Origin: an uncultured Alphaproteobacteria bacterium
Lineage (GTDB): Bacteria; Pseudomonadota; Alphaproteobacteria; Bin95
Reading direction: 5' to 3'
Length of the DNA: 64,000 bases
Assembly: GCA_938083135.1 (NCBI GenBank)
Contig: CALLKY010000066.1
Location: 3,764 to 67,763 of the forward strand
Shown here: positions 35,025 through 44,951 of the stretch, piece after piece
How positions within the stretch are numbered: the stretch's first letter is position 1
Layout of the letters: each line of letters starts with the position of its first letter
Position numbers and translations under genes: made by a program
The notes under the pieces: generated by a model
What the model saw: the letters and a program-made list of their open reading frames with translations, nothing else
The model's database searches: none
What the model was told of the DNA's origin: nothing

Positions 35025-37493
35025 ATGCTAAACCCCATCCTTCTCGCTGAGCTAGACGGTTCAGACGGTTTTGTTTTGCAAGGGGACCCAGATTTTCCCG
35101 CCGCTGAACTTTCAGGCAACGGCAATCGTGGCTTTTACTTAGATGGTGGTGGCGACGCTAACGGAGATGGATTCGCTGATATCCTTATCGGCGGATTTGG
35201 GAGTCCGTCTCGCGGCGGATTGTTGTTTGGCGACGGGGATGCTTTTAGCGCCACGATAGACATGAGCTCTTTCGATCTTCCTGGGTCACAAGGCCTTCGT
35301 TTCAATGACTTCAACGGTACTGAAAGCGGATTTAATGTCGGCGTAGGAATGCTGGGCGACATAAATGGCGACGGGCTAGATGACATCGCATTTGGCTCAA
35401 TCTTCGAGCATACAAACGCCCCAGGATCTGTAAATGACGATGGAGTTGTTGCTGTCGTTTTTGGTTCCGCAGATCTGTTCGGCCATCCACCGATTACCGG
35501 GACGTCACTTGATGGTTCAGATGGCTTTAGAGCGAATGGTTTCAATACCCAGGTAATTGGGACCAACGACGCCGGTATCACTAATGAACAAGGTGCAGGT
35601 GAGCACATTGTGAATGCAGGCGACGTCAATGGTGATGGTATCGCCGATTTTGCCGTAGCCGCCAGCAATAGCGATCCTCGATTGGCGACTGACTCCGGGC
35701 AAGCCCATATCGTTTTCGGCGGAACGGCCCCGCGGCCTGCGGAATTCACACTAGATGACCTGAATGGCGCTGATGGATTTTCAATTACAGGTGTTGCCCG
35801 CTTAGACGGCCTAGCAGTTCGTGGCGCATTCGGTGATTTTAATGGCGACGGCTTTTCGGATGTTCTTGCCGGTTCGGCGGATGCAAATGCCTACGGCATC
35901 GACGACACGGGCGAAGGCTATTTGCTATTTGGTGGAGCAGCCGCCCGAACACCCAAGATATACGCTGGCTCACTGGACGGAAGCGATGGCTTCTCAATCC
36001 ATGGCACTGGGGCAGAAAGTCATCTTGGCATAGGACTTGATGGTTCCGGTGACTTCAATGGCGATGGCTTTGATGATTTATTGATCGGAGCGTATACCGC
36101 AACCGCGTTGGGGCGCGACAGTTCTGGCGCTGGATACATCATATTTGGCCATGATCAAGTAACGCCACGGCGATTTGACATTGGAACTTTGGATGGATCT
36201 AACGGCTTTGAGATCGCTGGCCATGCGCCCGAAGACCGGACCGGTCGCGAGATTTCAAATGCTGGAGATTTTAACGGCGACGGCTTCGATGACATCCTAA
36301 TTGGCGCGGACTTCCTTGACCGTGAATTCACGTCTGACCAAGCAGCCGCTTACAATGTAGGTGGCGCATTTCTGATTTATGGCAGCGAATCTGGCACGCC
36401 AGCCTCAATAGATCTTGCAAGACTTGACGCAAGCGAGGGCCTTCGCTTCGAAGGCGAGACCCAGGATGATCGCGCTGGCGTAGGCGCACGTGGCGTGGGA
36501 GACGTAAATGGCGATGGTTTCGCCGATATCGCCCTCGGCGCTGTCAGGGCCGATTCTAACGGTTACAGCGATAACGGCGCCGTCTATGTAGTCTTTGGTC
36601 GCGCATCAGACCCAAGAGCAATTGAGGGTACGGCGGTAAGCGAAACTCTCACAGGCAATGGCGCTGACAATGTGATTGTTGCAGGCCAGGGCAATGATCA
36701 TATCCGGGCTGGCAACGGCGCAGATGGCGTGCATGGCGGCCATGGCAATGATGTTCTTTGCGGTCATGCGGGCGACGACCGGTTATTCGGGGACGTCGGG
36801 GACGATATTCTGGTCGGCAGCTTAGGCAATGACCTTCTGCGCGGCGGTAAAGGTGCGGATAAGCTCGCCATTGGTACGGGTGCAGATATTGCCTTCGGTG
36901 AAGAAGGCAACGACACCTTCTTCGCCGCTCCCGATGAACTTGGCGCTGGTGATCGCTTATTCGGCGGCCTTGGTCAGCAAGATATTCTGATACTGACAGC
37001 AGCCGGAACGGTCGACCTTGGCGCACTTGATATGTTTACCGGCATCGAACGCATAAAAACGAGCGCTGCTGGAAATATGGTGACTGGCGCTGACAGCACG
37101 CAACCAACCACATGGTTCGGCCAGTCTGGCGCGGATGATCTAACGGGTGCTGCCGGGCGCGATATCATGCGTGGTGGCAGCGGTGATGATGTGCTCTCCG
37201 GCGGTCTCGGCAATGACATACTAGATGGCGACAGTGGCCGGGACACATTAACCAGTGGTGCTGGCCGGGACATCTTTGTGCTGGGTGTCGGCGAAGGCAT
37301 TGATACCGCTTTGGATTTTGAAAACGGTAGGGACCGGATTGACCTGCAGGCCTTCAATTTCTCCAACTTCGCTGGCGTTCAAACCAAGATAGCGACCGTG
37401 AATGGAGAGACAGCTTTTACGGCAAGCGGCTCCCGCCTATTCCTGATCGGCGTCGATATCAGCGACCTAGATGCCGGAGATTTCATTCTCTAA
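35025..37493 (+). CDS. FG-GAP (integrin-alpha) beta-propeller protein with RTX repeats, putative T1SS-secreted adhesin
   Basis: Seven GD[FVIA]NGDGxxD repeats, two blocks of GGxGxD nonapeptides, C-terminus LDAGDFIL. Confidence 0.9.
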   Translation: MLNPILLAELDGSDGFVLQGDPDFPAAELSGNGNRGFYLDGGGDANGDGFADILIGGFGSPSRGGLLFGDGDAFSATIDMSSFDLPGSQGLRFNDFNGTESGFNVGVGMLGDINGDGLDDIAFGSIFEHTNAPGSVNDDGVVAVVFGSADLFGHPPITGTSLDGSDGFRANGFNTQVIGTNDAGITNEQGAGEHIVNAGDVNGDGIADFAVAASNSDPRLATDSGQAHIVFGGTAPRPAEFTLDDLNGADGFSITGVARLDGLAVRGAFGDFNGDGFSDVLAGSADANAYGIDDTGEGYLLFGGAAARTPKIYAGSLDGSDGFSIHGTGAESHLGIGLDGSGDFNGDGFDDLLIGAYTATALGRDSSGAGYIIFGHDQVTPRRFDIGTLDGSNGFEIAGHAPEDRTGREISNAGDFNGDGFDDILIGADFLDREFTSDQAAAYNVGGAFLIYGSESGTPASIDLARLDASEGLRFEGETQDDRAGVGARGVGDVNGDGFADIALGAVRADSNGYSDNGAVYVVFGRASDPRAIEGTAVSETLTGNGADNVIVAGQGNDHIRAGNGADGVHGGHGNDVLCGHAGDDRLFGDVGDDILVGSLGNDLLRGGKGADKLAIGTGADIAFGEEGNDTFFAAPDELGAGDRLFGGLGQQDILILTAAGTVDLGALDMFTGIERIKTSAAGNMVTGADSTQPTTWFGQSGADDLTGAAGRDIMRGGSGDDVLSGGLGNDILDGDSGRDTLTSGAGRDIFVLGVGEGIDTALDFENGRDRIDLQAFNFSNFAGVQTKIATVNGETAFTASGSRLFLIGVDISDLDAGDFIL

Positions 37494-38818
37494 GCAATAG
37501 CCCCTGCCAAACCAATCAACCCAAAATCCCGCCCGTTATCTGCAATCAGCTGCATGCCGATGGGCAGGCCGTCCGCGGTCTCGCCGGTTGGGAGGCTGAG
37601 GGCGGGGCAGCCGGCGAAGTTGGCGGGGGCGCAGAAGTCGGCCTGGGTGACCGGATGCTCGCCATCGAAGGGGAATGGGGGCATGGGCGTTGTCGGAAGG
37701 GCAATGACATCCGCCTCAATGAAGCTATTGCGCACGAGGCGACGAACTTCTCGGACCTGACGTTCGGCCTTCACGAGCTTGGCGGCAGGGGCCGTGCGCC
37801 CGAAATTCAGCATGTCGCGAAGACCATCTGAGAAGCGCTCGGGGCGGTGATCCAGATCATCCGAGAGCGCGAAGCCTGCCTCGGCCTCTGATATCAGCAG
37901 ACCAGCGCGGCGGGCTGGGCTGGCCGCGAAGCCATCCCAATCAAGCTCGATGATCCTCGCACCTCCCCTGTGCAGGCTTTCCAGGAAGGCCTCATAGGCA
38001 TCCCGCACATCGACATGCATGTCCGCCTGATTGATCTGGCGGACATGGCCGACAGTCAAATTGGATGGGTCAAATGGTGTACGATCCAGGGCTATCCGTT
38101 CCGAATCAGGCGATGCAGCGTCATATCCGACCAACACTTCGAGCAGGATCGCCAGATCCGCTGGGGTTTTAGCCAGTGGACCAACATGATCCAACGTCCA
38201 GGCGAGCGGTGCCACGCCACGTGTGCTGACAAGGCCGTATGTGGGCTTGATGCCATAGCAGCCGCAATAAGCCGCCGGTACCCGGACAGAGCCCATTGTG
38301 TCTGACCCGAGTGTGGCTGCGGCAAGCTCCGCGGCTACGGCAACGCCTGATCCGCCAGAGGAACCGCCTGGCGTCCAGCCTTGCCTGTGCGGGTTTTGCG
38401 CCCGGCCCCAATGGGGATTGTCGGTCGTCGCACCCAGTGCCGCCTCGTGCATATTCAGCTTGCCAAGAATGACAGCGCCCGCCGTTTTGAGCTTAGCGGA
38501 TACTGCTGCATCCACGCTAGCGACAGGCCCGAAAGCGCAGCCATTTGTGGTCGCAACACCGGCAAGGTCGATGTTGTCTTTGATGGCAATCGGCGCACCG
38601 TCTAACGCGCCCAATGCGGCCCCCTCCTTCCATCGCATGGCAGAGGCTTCAGCCTCCGCTCGGGCGCTGTCGGCGAGGACTGCGATATAGGCATTGAGCG
38701 CCGGATTTCGCGCTTCAATCGCTTCTAGATAGGCTGCCGTAATGTCTCTAGGGTCCAGAGTGCCGGTGCGATAGCCGGCGGCCAATTCAGCCAGGGTGAG
38801 CGATGTTAAGCTTGGCAT
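37490..38818 (-). CDS. amidase-signature family protein
   Basis: PIAIKDNI, GGSSGGS, GSDTMGSVRVPA. Confidence 0.9.
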   Translation of the reverse strand: MPSLTSLTLAELAAGYRTGTLDPRDITAAYLEAIEARNPALNAYIAVLADSARAEAEASAMRWKEGAALGALDGAPIAIKDNIDLAGVATTNGCAFGPVASVDAAVSAKLKTAGAVILGKLNMHEAALGATTDNPHWGRAQNPHRQGWTPGGSSGGSGVAVAAELAAATLGSDTMGSVRVPAAYCGCYGIKPTYGLVSTRGVAPLAWTLDHVGPLAKTPADLAILLEVLVGYDAASPDSERIALDRTPFDPSNLTVGHVRQINQADMHVDVRDAYEAFLESLHRGGARIIELDWDGFAASPARRAGLLISEAEAGFALSDDLDHRPERFSDGLRDMLNFGRTAPAAKLVKAERQVREVRRLVRNSFIEADVIALPTTPMPPFPFDGEHPVTQADFCAPANFAGCPALSLPTGETADGLPIGMQLIADNGRDFGLIGLAGAIA

Positions 38819-40188
38819 TAGTCGCGCTCGTCGATCAGGCGGATCGGCTTTTGGCGGGTTTCGACTTGAGTGGCGGGTGCGGTGGCCCCAGGTGCGGCAA
38901 GCTCCACCAGCACTTCAACACCAAGCCCGCGCTTGAGGAGGGCCGAGAGATCTGCCTGCAAGGCTGACCCCTGCTCGCGCACTTCGGTCACAACCGTCAG
39001 CTCATCCCGGGCACCTGCACGCGTGAGGCGGCAATAGTATTCACCGGTTGTGGCGGGGTGCGGGTCAAGCATGGCACCGATGGCTGTTGGGTACACATTA
39101 ATGCCGCGCAACTTCACCATATTGTCGCTACGGCCTTGGAATCCGGGTATCCGACGGAACTTGATGCCTGACGCTGGGTCAGGTGGCAGCACCGTTGATA
39201 CATCCTTCGTATCGAAGCGGATGATCGGGTAGACGCCAGTCTTGAACAGGCATGTGGCGCACATATCGCCTGCGTGACCATCGGGCAGTACGGCACCCGT
39301 TTCGGCATCTAGAATTTCCAAAATCTGCGCATCTTCCCAAATATACAGGCCGTTCTGCGCCGGACCTTCAGCTGCGATCACGCCGGTATCGCCAACGCCG
39401 TACCAATCGTAGACGGCAGCCCCGCCCCAAGCATCAGAAATTGCTTGCTTGTCCTCCTGGCCGATATGGCCGGAGATCATGCGAAGCGGGATATCGACGC
39501 CAGGCTTAAGGCCAGCCTCAACAACAGCCTCCGCCAGCCGCTTGATGTAATCTGCAAAGCCAACAATGGCCGTGGCACCATAACGCTGCATCGCCTCGAC
39601 CTGCTGGACCGTCGGCGTATCGCGGCCTGTCCCTGCGGGCACGTACATGGCTTCCGTGAAATGCGCCACAGCCTCCCGCACGTAATGGCCGCCATTAACC
39701 ATACCGTAGCCGTAAACGGAGTGCACAACATCCCCCCGGCGCATGCCTTGCAGCAAGTATCCCCGCGCGAGCAGAGCGTTCTGTACCTCACGGTCAAACG
39801 GCCCGAAAAACAGCGGTTGCGGCGTGCCCGTCGTGCCGCTTGTCGTGTGGAAGACCGCATGGGGGAATTCATCATCCCGGCCATGATAATCGCCAAAGGG
39901 CGGATAGGCGTCGACGCTTTCCATCAGGTCCGTTTTGGAAAAGCTGGGCAGTTTCGCCAGATCATCCAGGCCCTTTATGTCACCGGGCTCGATCCCGGCT
40001 GCAGACCAGCGGCGCTTGTAGAATGGTACCTGCCATGCCCGCTGCATAACCGCCCCAAAGCGTTCCTCCTGGAGCGCACGTAGCGTATCCTGGGAAAGCT
40101 TGGCTGGGCCGTTTAGGAAGGCTTCGCCGACAGGGTACTCCGTCGCAATGCGGGCAGGATCGGCTTCCTGGAAATAGCGGCTAACCAT
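38818..40188 (-). CDS. phenylacetate-CoA ligase (PaaK)-like acyl-CoA ligase
   Basis: TTSGTTGTP, YDWYGVGD, IRFDTKD, GRSDNMVKLRGINVYP. Confidence 0.88.
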   Translation of the reverse strand: MVSRYFQEADPARIATEYPVGEAFLNGPAKLSQDTLRALQEERFGAVMQRAWQVPFYKRRWSAAGIEPGDIKGLDDLAKLPSFSKTDLMESVDAYPPFGDYHGRDDEFPHAVFHTTSGTTGTPQPLFFGPFDREVQNALLARGYLLQGMRRGDVVHSVYGYGMVNGGHYVREAVAHFTEAMYVPAGTGRDTPTVQQVEAMQRYGATAIVGFADYIKRLAEAVVEAGLKPGVDIPLRMISGHIGQEDKQAISDAWGGAAVYDWYGVGDTGVIAAEGPAQNGLYIWEDAQILEILDAETGAVLPDGHAGDMCATCLFKTGVYPIIRFDTKDVSTVLPPDPASGIKFRRIPGFQGRSDNMVKLRGINVYPTAIGAMLDPHPATTGEYYCRLTRAGARDELTVVTEVREQGSALQADLSALLKRGLGVEVLVELAAPGATAPATQVETRQKPIRLIDERD

Positions 40189-41594
40189 CAAGCTTTCCCC
40201 CCATTGGCCATGCAAAGATCAATCAGCGTGCGGACATCTTTTACGTTCTCAATGTCGTCAATTGCAGCGATCAGCGCCTCGCCTTGTGCCGCCGGAACAA
40301 CTGGAATTGCCGAAGCAAAATTCTTCCGGAACTTGGCCAGATGGGCCTCATGGGTCATTGGGTTTGCAGGCGCACCGTAAACCTTGTCCAAGTCGATTTC
40401 CAAGCGCTGGCCATTTTGCAGGATAATCGCGACCCGCAGCGGTGCCAGGGCGTTTGGATCTGGATTGTCGTTAATGTCGATATGCACCATTGCGGCGAGC
40501 GCAAGCCTCCTGGCATCCATCAGCGCATCAGGTTTGAAATCCTCAACACCAACGCCGTCGCCCAAAATTGCGCTGGCGACGACATATTGGCCCGAAAGCC
40601 TTGCATATCCAGGCGTCATACCCGCTTTAGAAGGGCGGCCAATCAAACGGTGCGTCAGGCTCGGCACATGGCTTTCCACCCGTGCGACGTCCCGCTCATG
40701 GAAGCCATGTTTCTTCTTAAGCTGCAGCACGCCATCGACCAACCCGTGGGTCGCGCGGCCAGAAGGAAACGGCTTATGGGCGACTTCAGTAATTCGCCAG
40801 GTTTTGCCAAGCGTTTTAGCAACGGCACCCACATCATGATCCCCTTCGAACAAGGCAAAATACCCGAACGGGCCTTCCAGAATATTCTTTGGGCCATCTG
40901 CACCGTGGGCTGCCATTTCAGCCGCAACAATCGCATTTCGCGCATTGAAGCCAACCTGCATCGCCAGCAGCATTGACCCTTCCGTGTGCGCCTGCATGGT
41001 GCCGCCCATCTGGGCGTATGCAGTGCTCATGGAATTCACAATGCCGCCTGTATCCATGCCCTTCATCCGCGCCAAGGCTGCAGCAGCGCCGAACCCACCC
41101 GCAGTCGACGGCCGGAAGAATTTAAGCGGCGCATTAGAAGCGACACCAAGGCCAGCAGCGATGTCTACGCCCGCAATCAGCGCTGTCAGCAGCGCCTTGC
41201 CGGAGATTTGGCTTTCGAAATATCCATCACAATCTGCCGCAGACAGCATCGCGCCAAGCAAAACCGCCATTGGGTGGACGACGGCAGGCTCATGCACGCA
41301 ATCAAATTCTGAATTGTGGATCTGGAACGCGTTGGCCAGTGCGGCGGACGGCAGAGCCAATTTCCGCCCGCTGGCGAGCACACGGGCAGACCCTCTGGCG
41401 GTATCAACGCCAAACGCTGCCTGGCTCGACCAAAGCTCATCCACCCAGGGAGCTGCGGAGCCGACGACACCAACCCCCATAGAGTCGAGCAGGAACGTCT
41501 TGCCCGCCTTAATGGCATCAGCCGGGATGTCTTCGTATTTCAGGGAAGCGGCATGGTCTGCGAAGGCCCATACGGCGTCTTTTTCGGCGCTCAT
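40188..41594 (-). CDS. MmgE/PrpD family protein
   Basis: HNSEFDCVH...VHP, ILEGPFGYF, KPFPSGRATH, GAPANPM. Confidence 0.88.
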   Translation of the reverse strand: MSAEKDAVWAFADHAASLKYEDIPADAIKAGKTFLLDSMGVGVVGSAAPWVDELWSSQAAFGVDTARGSARVLASGRKLALPSAALANAFQIHNSEFDCVHEPAVVHPMAVLLGAMLSAADCDGYFESQISGKALLTALIAGVDIAAGLGVASNAPLKFFRPSTAGGFGAAAALARMKGMDTGGIVNSMSTAYAQMGGTMQAHTEGSMLLAMQVGFNARNAIVAAEMAAHGADGPKNILEGPFGYFALFEGDHDVGAVAKTLGKTWRITEVAHKPFPSGRATHGLVDGVLQLKKKHGFHERDVARVESHVPSLTHRLIGRPSKAGMTPGYARLSGQYVVASAILGDGVGVEDFKPDALMDARRLALAAMVHIDINDNPDPNALAPLRVAIILQNGQRLEIDLDKVYGAPANPMTHEAHLAKFRKNFASAIPVVPAAQGEALIAAIDDIENVKDVRTLIDLCMANGGKA

Positions 41595-41605
41595 GTCGAA
41601 AGTCC

Positions 41606-42451
41606 TTAGCTGTTGTGTTGGGCCCAGTGGTCGCGAATGTCCTTGCGGGTCGCGATCCATACATCATCATGGCGTTTCACATGTTCCAGGAACGCGTCAA
41701 ACGCGCCAATCCGCCCAGGACGGCCAATGATGCGCAGATGCACGCCGAGCGACATCATTTTGGGGTCGCCCGCTTTGCCTTCCTCATACAGCCAATCAAA
41801 ACTGTCGATAGCGTATTTCAGCCAGTTTTCAGGCGTATAGGCGGGGTCCGTCCACATCTTCATATCGTTGGAATCAAGCGCATAGGGCATGATCACCATG
41901 GAGCCGTCTTCGGTCGTATCCCAGAACGGCATGTCGTCTGAATAATCATCCATATGATATGTATAGCCCTCCTCAATCAGGAGACGGCGGGTGTTTGGCG
42001 TCAAGAGATAACGGGACAGCCAGCCATATGGGCGTTGGCCGGTCGTCCGCTCAATGGATTGGATGGCAGCGCGGATAAACTCGCGCTCCTTCTCTTCACT
42101 CATATGGAATTGATGCACCCAGCGATATCCGTGCGCGCAGACCTCATGACCACCAGCAACGATCTGCTGCGTTAGCTCAGGAGCCCGCTCCAACGCGACG
42201 GCAGCGGCAGTGAAAGTTGAGGTGATATTGTGCTTCTTCAGCAGCGCCATAACCCGCGGCGCACCAGCTTTGATGCCGTATTGGTAATTGCTCTCATTGC
42301 CATAATTCCGCATGGCCTTTTTAAGCGTGATCCCCAACTCATCGACGGGCTCTGGCCCGCGGTCGCCGTCGGCGATGGTCGCTTCGGCCCCCTCCTCAAC
42401 GTTCACGACAACGGATAAGGCGAGCTTGGCGTCATTCGGCCAAATAGACAT
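41606..42451 (-). CDS. polysaccharide-deacetylase-fold hydrolase (PuuE allantoinase-like)
   Basis: VVNVEEG, ESNYQYG, CAHGYRW, PYALDSNDMK, GVHLRIIGRPGR. Confidence 0.85.
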   Translation of the reverse strand: MSIWPNDAKLALSVVVNVEEGAEATIADGDRGPEPVDELGITLKKAMRNYGNESNYQYGIKAGAPRVMALLKKHNITSTFTAAAVALERAPELTQQIVAGGHEVCAHGYRWVHQFHMSEEKEREFIRAAIQSIERTTGQRPYGWLSRYLLTPNTRRLLIEEGYTYHMDDYSDDMPFWDTTEDGSMVIMPYALDSNDMKMWTDPAYTPENWLKYAIDSFDWLYEEGKAGDPKMMSLGVHLRIIGRPGRIGAFDAFLEHVKRHDDVWIATRKDIRDHWAQHNS

Positions 42452-42514
42452 AGCGGCGGAAACTCCGAGAGTGCGAAAATACTGCTCAGAGAGTGACGGC
42501 TGTAGCGGGCTGGA

Positions 42515-43429
42515 TCAAGCGTCCATATCACGTGGCATGATCGCACCACGCACGCCGATCACTTGATAGGCCAAACCAGCACCAGCCTGCGCTGCCTGTT
42601 CCGGTGCCTCATCGCGCATTCGCGCAATAAGATATGCAGCATTGAAAGAATCGCCCGCTGCTGTTGTATCGACGGGCGCTGGGTGCGGGGTATTTTCAAT
42701 AACTGACGCGCCACCTTCCGTCGCGACCAGAACACTACCGCCTGCATTCTTCACAACAACTTCCTCAACCCCGGCCATCAGCATACGAGCGGCCGTGTCT
42801 TCTGGCTCCTGATCGCCATAGAGCGCCTGCTCGTCCTCAAAGCTCGGCAGTGCGATATCGGCCCAGCTAAGTGCCACTTCAAAGGCTGCGCGAGCCTCCT
42901 CAGGGTCTTCCCACAGGCGGGGACGGTAATTGCTATCGAACACGATCCGCGCGCCATTGTCTCGCGCTTGCCGAAGCGTCTCAAACAGGCGGAGGCGGCC
43001 TTCAATCGTTAGAACACCAAGCGTGATGCCGGTGAAATACAGCCAATCATATTTGGTAAGCCGGTCCATCAGGACACGACCCGCTCCGCCATCAAACATC
43101 TCTTTGGCCGGTGCTGCACTCCGCCAATAATGAAATGTGCGCTCACCCGCTTTGTCCGTCCGAATCATATAAAGTCCGGGCACGCGGCCTTCTTGGCGCC
43201 AAACCAGGTCCGTACCGATGCCCTCGGCCCGCCAGCCGTCCATCATTTCATCGCTATAGGGATCATCACCGATAGCCGTTGCATAATCGACCTGAATGCC
43301 GCGCGCCTCCCCCAGCCGCGCCATATACACGGCGGTGTTCAGCGTATCGCCGCCATAGCCGCGGCCCATATAATTAGGGCCACGATCCGTAAGCTCAATC
43401 ATACATTCCCCGATTGCAGCGATCCGCAT
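42515..43429 (-). CDS. kdgK: 2-dehydro-3-deoxygluconokinase (PfkB family)
   Basis: IGECMIEL, GGDTLNTAVYMARL, FDSNYRPRLW, DTTAAGDSFN. Confidence 0.9.
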   Translation of the reverse strand: MRIAAIGECMIELTDRGPNYMGRGYGGDTLNTAVYMARLGEARGIQVDYATAIGDDPYSDEMMDGWRAEGIGTDLVWRQEGRVPGLYMIRTDKAGERTFHYWRSAAPAKEMFDGGAGRVLMDRLTKYDWLYFTGITLGVLTIEGRLRLFETLRQARDNGARIVFDSNYRPRLWEDPEEARAAFEVALSWADIALPSFEDEQALYGDQEPEDTAARMLMAGVEEVVVKNAGGSVLVATEGGASVIENTPHPAPVDTTAAGDSFNAAYLIARMRDEAPEQAAQAGAGLAYQVIGVRGAIMPRDMDA

Positions 43430-43505
43430 GGCGGCATAATCCTTTGTTTCCCGTATCAGAATAAGCGATACACGAGCATCAGAGTTCCAGCAAAAGGGAA
43501 ACGCC

Positions 43506-44132
43506 ATGCCGGTTCCGTTCGAAATGCCAGACGGCGCGCCACCTATCATCCCCGTTGTGGTGATTGATGAGGCCGAAAAAGGCCCTGCCCTCGCCCGCGC
43601 ATTGCTTGCAGGTGGCATTCAAGCGATTGAAGTGACGTTACGCACACCAACCGCAGCCGAGGCCATTGCCCTAATCGCAACGGAAGTCCCAGAGATTTGC
43701 TTAGGTGCCGGAACCGTGATCACGCCGGATGATGTGCAGCATGTGCGTGCCGCGGGCGTCGATTTCATGGTGAGCCCCGGATGCACGCCGCGTCTCCACC
43801 ATGCCGCTGAAGCGTCCGGCCTGCCATTCCTTGCCGGCGCTGTGACAGCCAGCGAAGCGATGGCGATGCAGGAGCTTGGCTATACGCGGCTCAAATATTT
43901 CCCTGCCGATGCCAATGGCGGCGTTGCAGGCTTGAAAGGTTTAGGCGGGCCTCTCCCTGGCCTCAGCTTCTGCCCAACCGGCGGCGTTGGTGCCAAGAAT
44001 GCGGCCGAATATCTAGCCGCGCCGAACTGTTTTGCCGTCGGCGGCTCTTGGGTGGCCCCTGCCGACGCGATCCGTTCAGGCGATTGGCAGCGCATTGAAG
44101 ATTTGGCACGGGAGGCTTCAAGCCTTGTCTAA
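43506..44132 (+). CDS. eda: KDPG/KHG aldolase
   Basis: IEVTLRTP, GAGTV, SPG, KYFPA, FCPTGGV, GGSW. Confidence 0.93.
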   Translation: MPVPFEMPDGAPPIIPVVVIDEAEKGPALARALLAGGIQAIEVTLRTPTAAEAIALIATEVPEICLGAGTVITPDDVQHVRAAGVDFMVSPGCTPRLHHAAEASGLPFLAGAVTASEAMAMQELGYTRLKYFPADANGGVAGLKGLGGPLPGLSFCPTGGVGAKNAAEYLAAPNCFAVGGSWVAPADAIRSGDWQRIEDLAREASSLV

Positions 44133-44181
44133 AATTCCAGGCGCGCCAAATATCGGGGTGGAACCGAAGGGAGCAACTGAC

Positions 44182-44751
44182 GTGTTGTATGAACTCCGCT
44201 GCGCCGCAATGGCCGGCATCATGGCCTGCGCCGCCGTTATCGCCCCTGGCCCTGCTGGTGCCGCCACAGGCCAGACAGCGCATGAATTCGCGTTCACTTC
44301 TATTGATGGTGAGCCATTGTCGATGGAGCAGTTCGCGGGCAAAGCCGTATTGGTCGTGAATACAGCAAGCCGCTGCGGGTTCACGCCGCAATATGAAGGC
44401 CTGCAAACGCTTTGGGAAACCTATCGGGACCAAGGCCTAGTCGTGCTCGGCGTGCCGTCTGGCGATTTTGGCAATCAGGAGCTTTCAAGCTCTGGTAAGA
44501 TCAAGGAATTCTGTGAGGTCAACTTCGCTATCGACTTCCCGCTGACGGAGAAGACCGAAGTATCCGGCGACCGAGCGCATCCATTCTACGCCTGGGCAGG
44601 CACAGAACTTGGCGCCGCCGCCAAGCCACGCTGGAACTTTCACAAATATCTGGTCGGCAAAGATGGCCGCTTGATCACTTGGTTCTCAACAACCACAGGC
44701 CCATCATCTGAGCGTGTGCAGTTGGCGATTGAAGCGGCGCTGGCGGAGTAG
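44182..44751 (+). CDS. Cys-type glutathione peroxidase family protein with a signal-peptide-like N-terminus
   Basis: VNTASRCGFTPQY, DFGNQE, PRWNFHKYLV; GTG start after GGGAG. Confidence 0.9.
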   Translation: MLYELRCAAMAGIMACAAVIAPGPAGAATGQTAHEFAFTSIDGEPLSMEQFAGKAVLVVNTASRCGFTPQYEGLQTLWETYRDQGLVVLGVPSGDFGNQELSSSGKIKEFCEVNFAIDFPLTEKTEVSGDRAHPFYAWAGTELGAAAKPRWNFHKYLVGKDGRLITWFSTTTGPSSERVQLAIEAALAE

Positions 44752-44782
44752 GTTGACGGGGCTCAGAGGCTTGCTTTTACCG

Positions 44783-44926
44783 GCAGCCTCCCCCCTCACC
44801 CTGATCCCTCTCCCCCCGCCATATGTCTATTGGGGCGGGCGAGGGGACTCACACATAGGCCGCCGCCCTATTTGAACCCTCTCCACCCACAGGGGGGGAG
44901 AGGGCAGGGAGAGGGGGGAAGGTTGC
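44783..44926. repeat. palindromic intergenic repeat element (CCCTCTCCC/GGGAGAGGG type)
   Basis: About 34-bp imperfect terminal inverted repeat (44783-44817 vs 44893-44926) with two internal CCCTCTCC..GAGGG hairpins, between convergent genes. Confidence 0.75.
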
Positions 44927-44951
44927 GGGCTACAGAATGGCTTAGCCCGAT

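Noticed and set aside
44182-44751. Possible selenoprotein glutathione peroxidase
   Set aside because: The active-site codon is TGC (Cys), not TGA.
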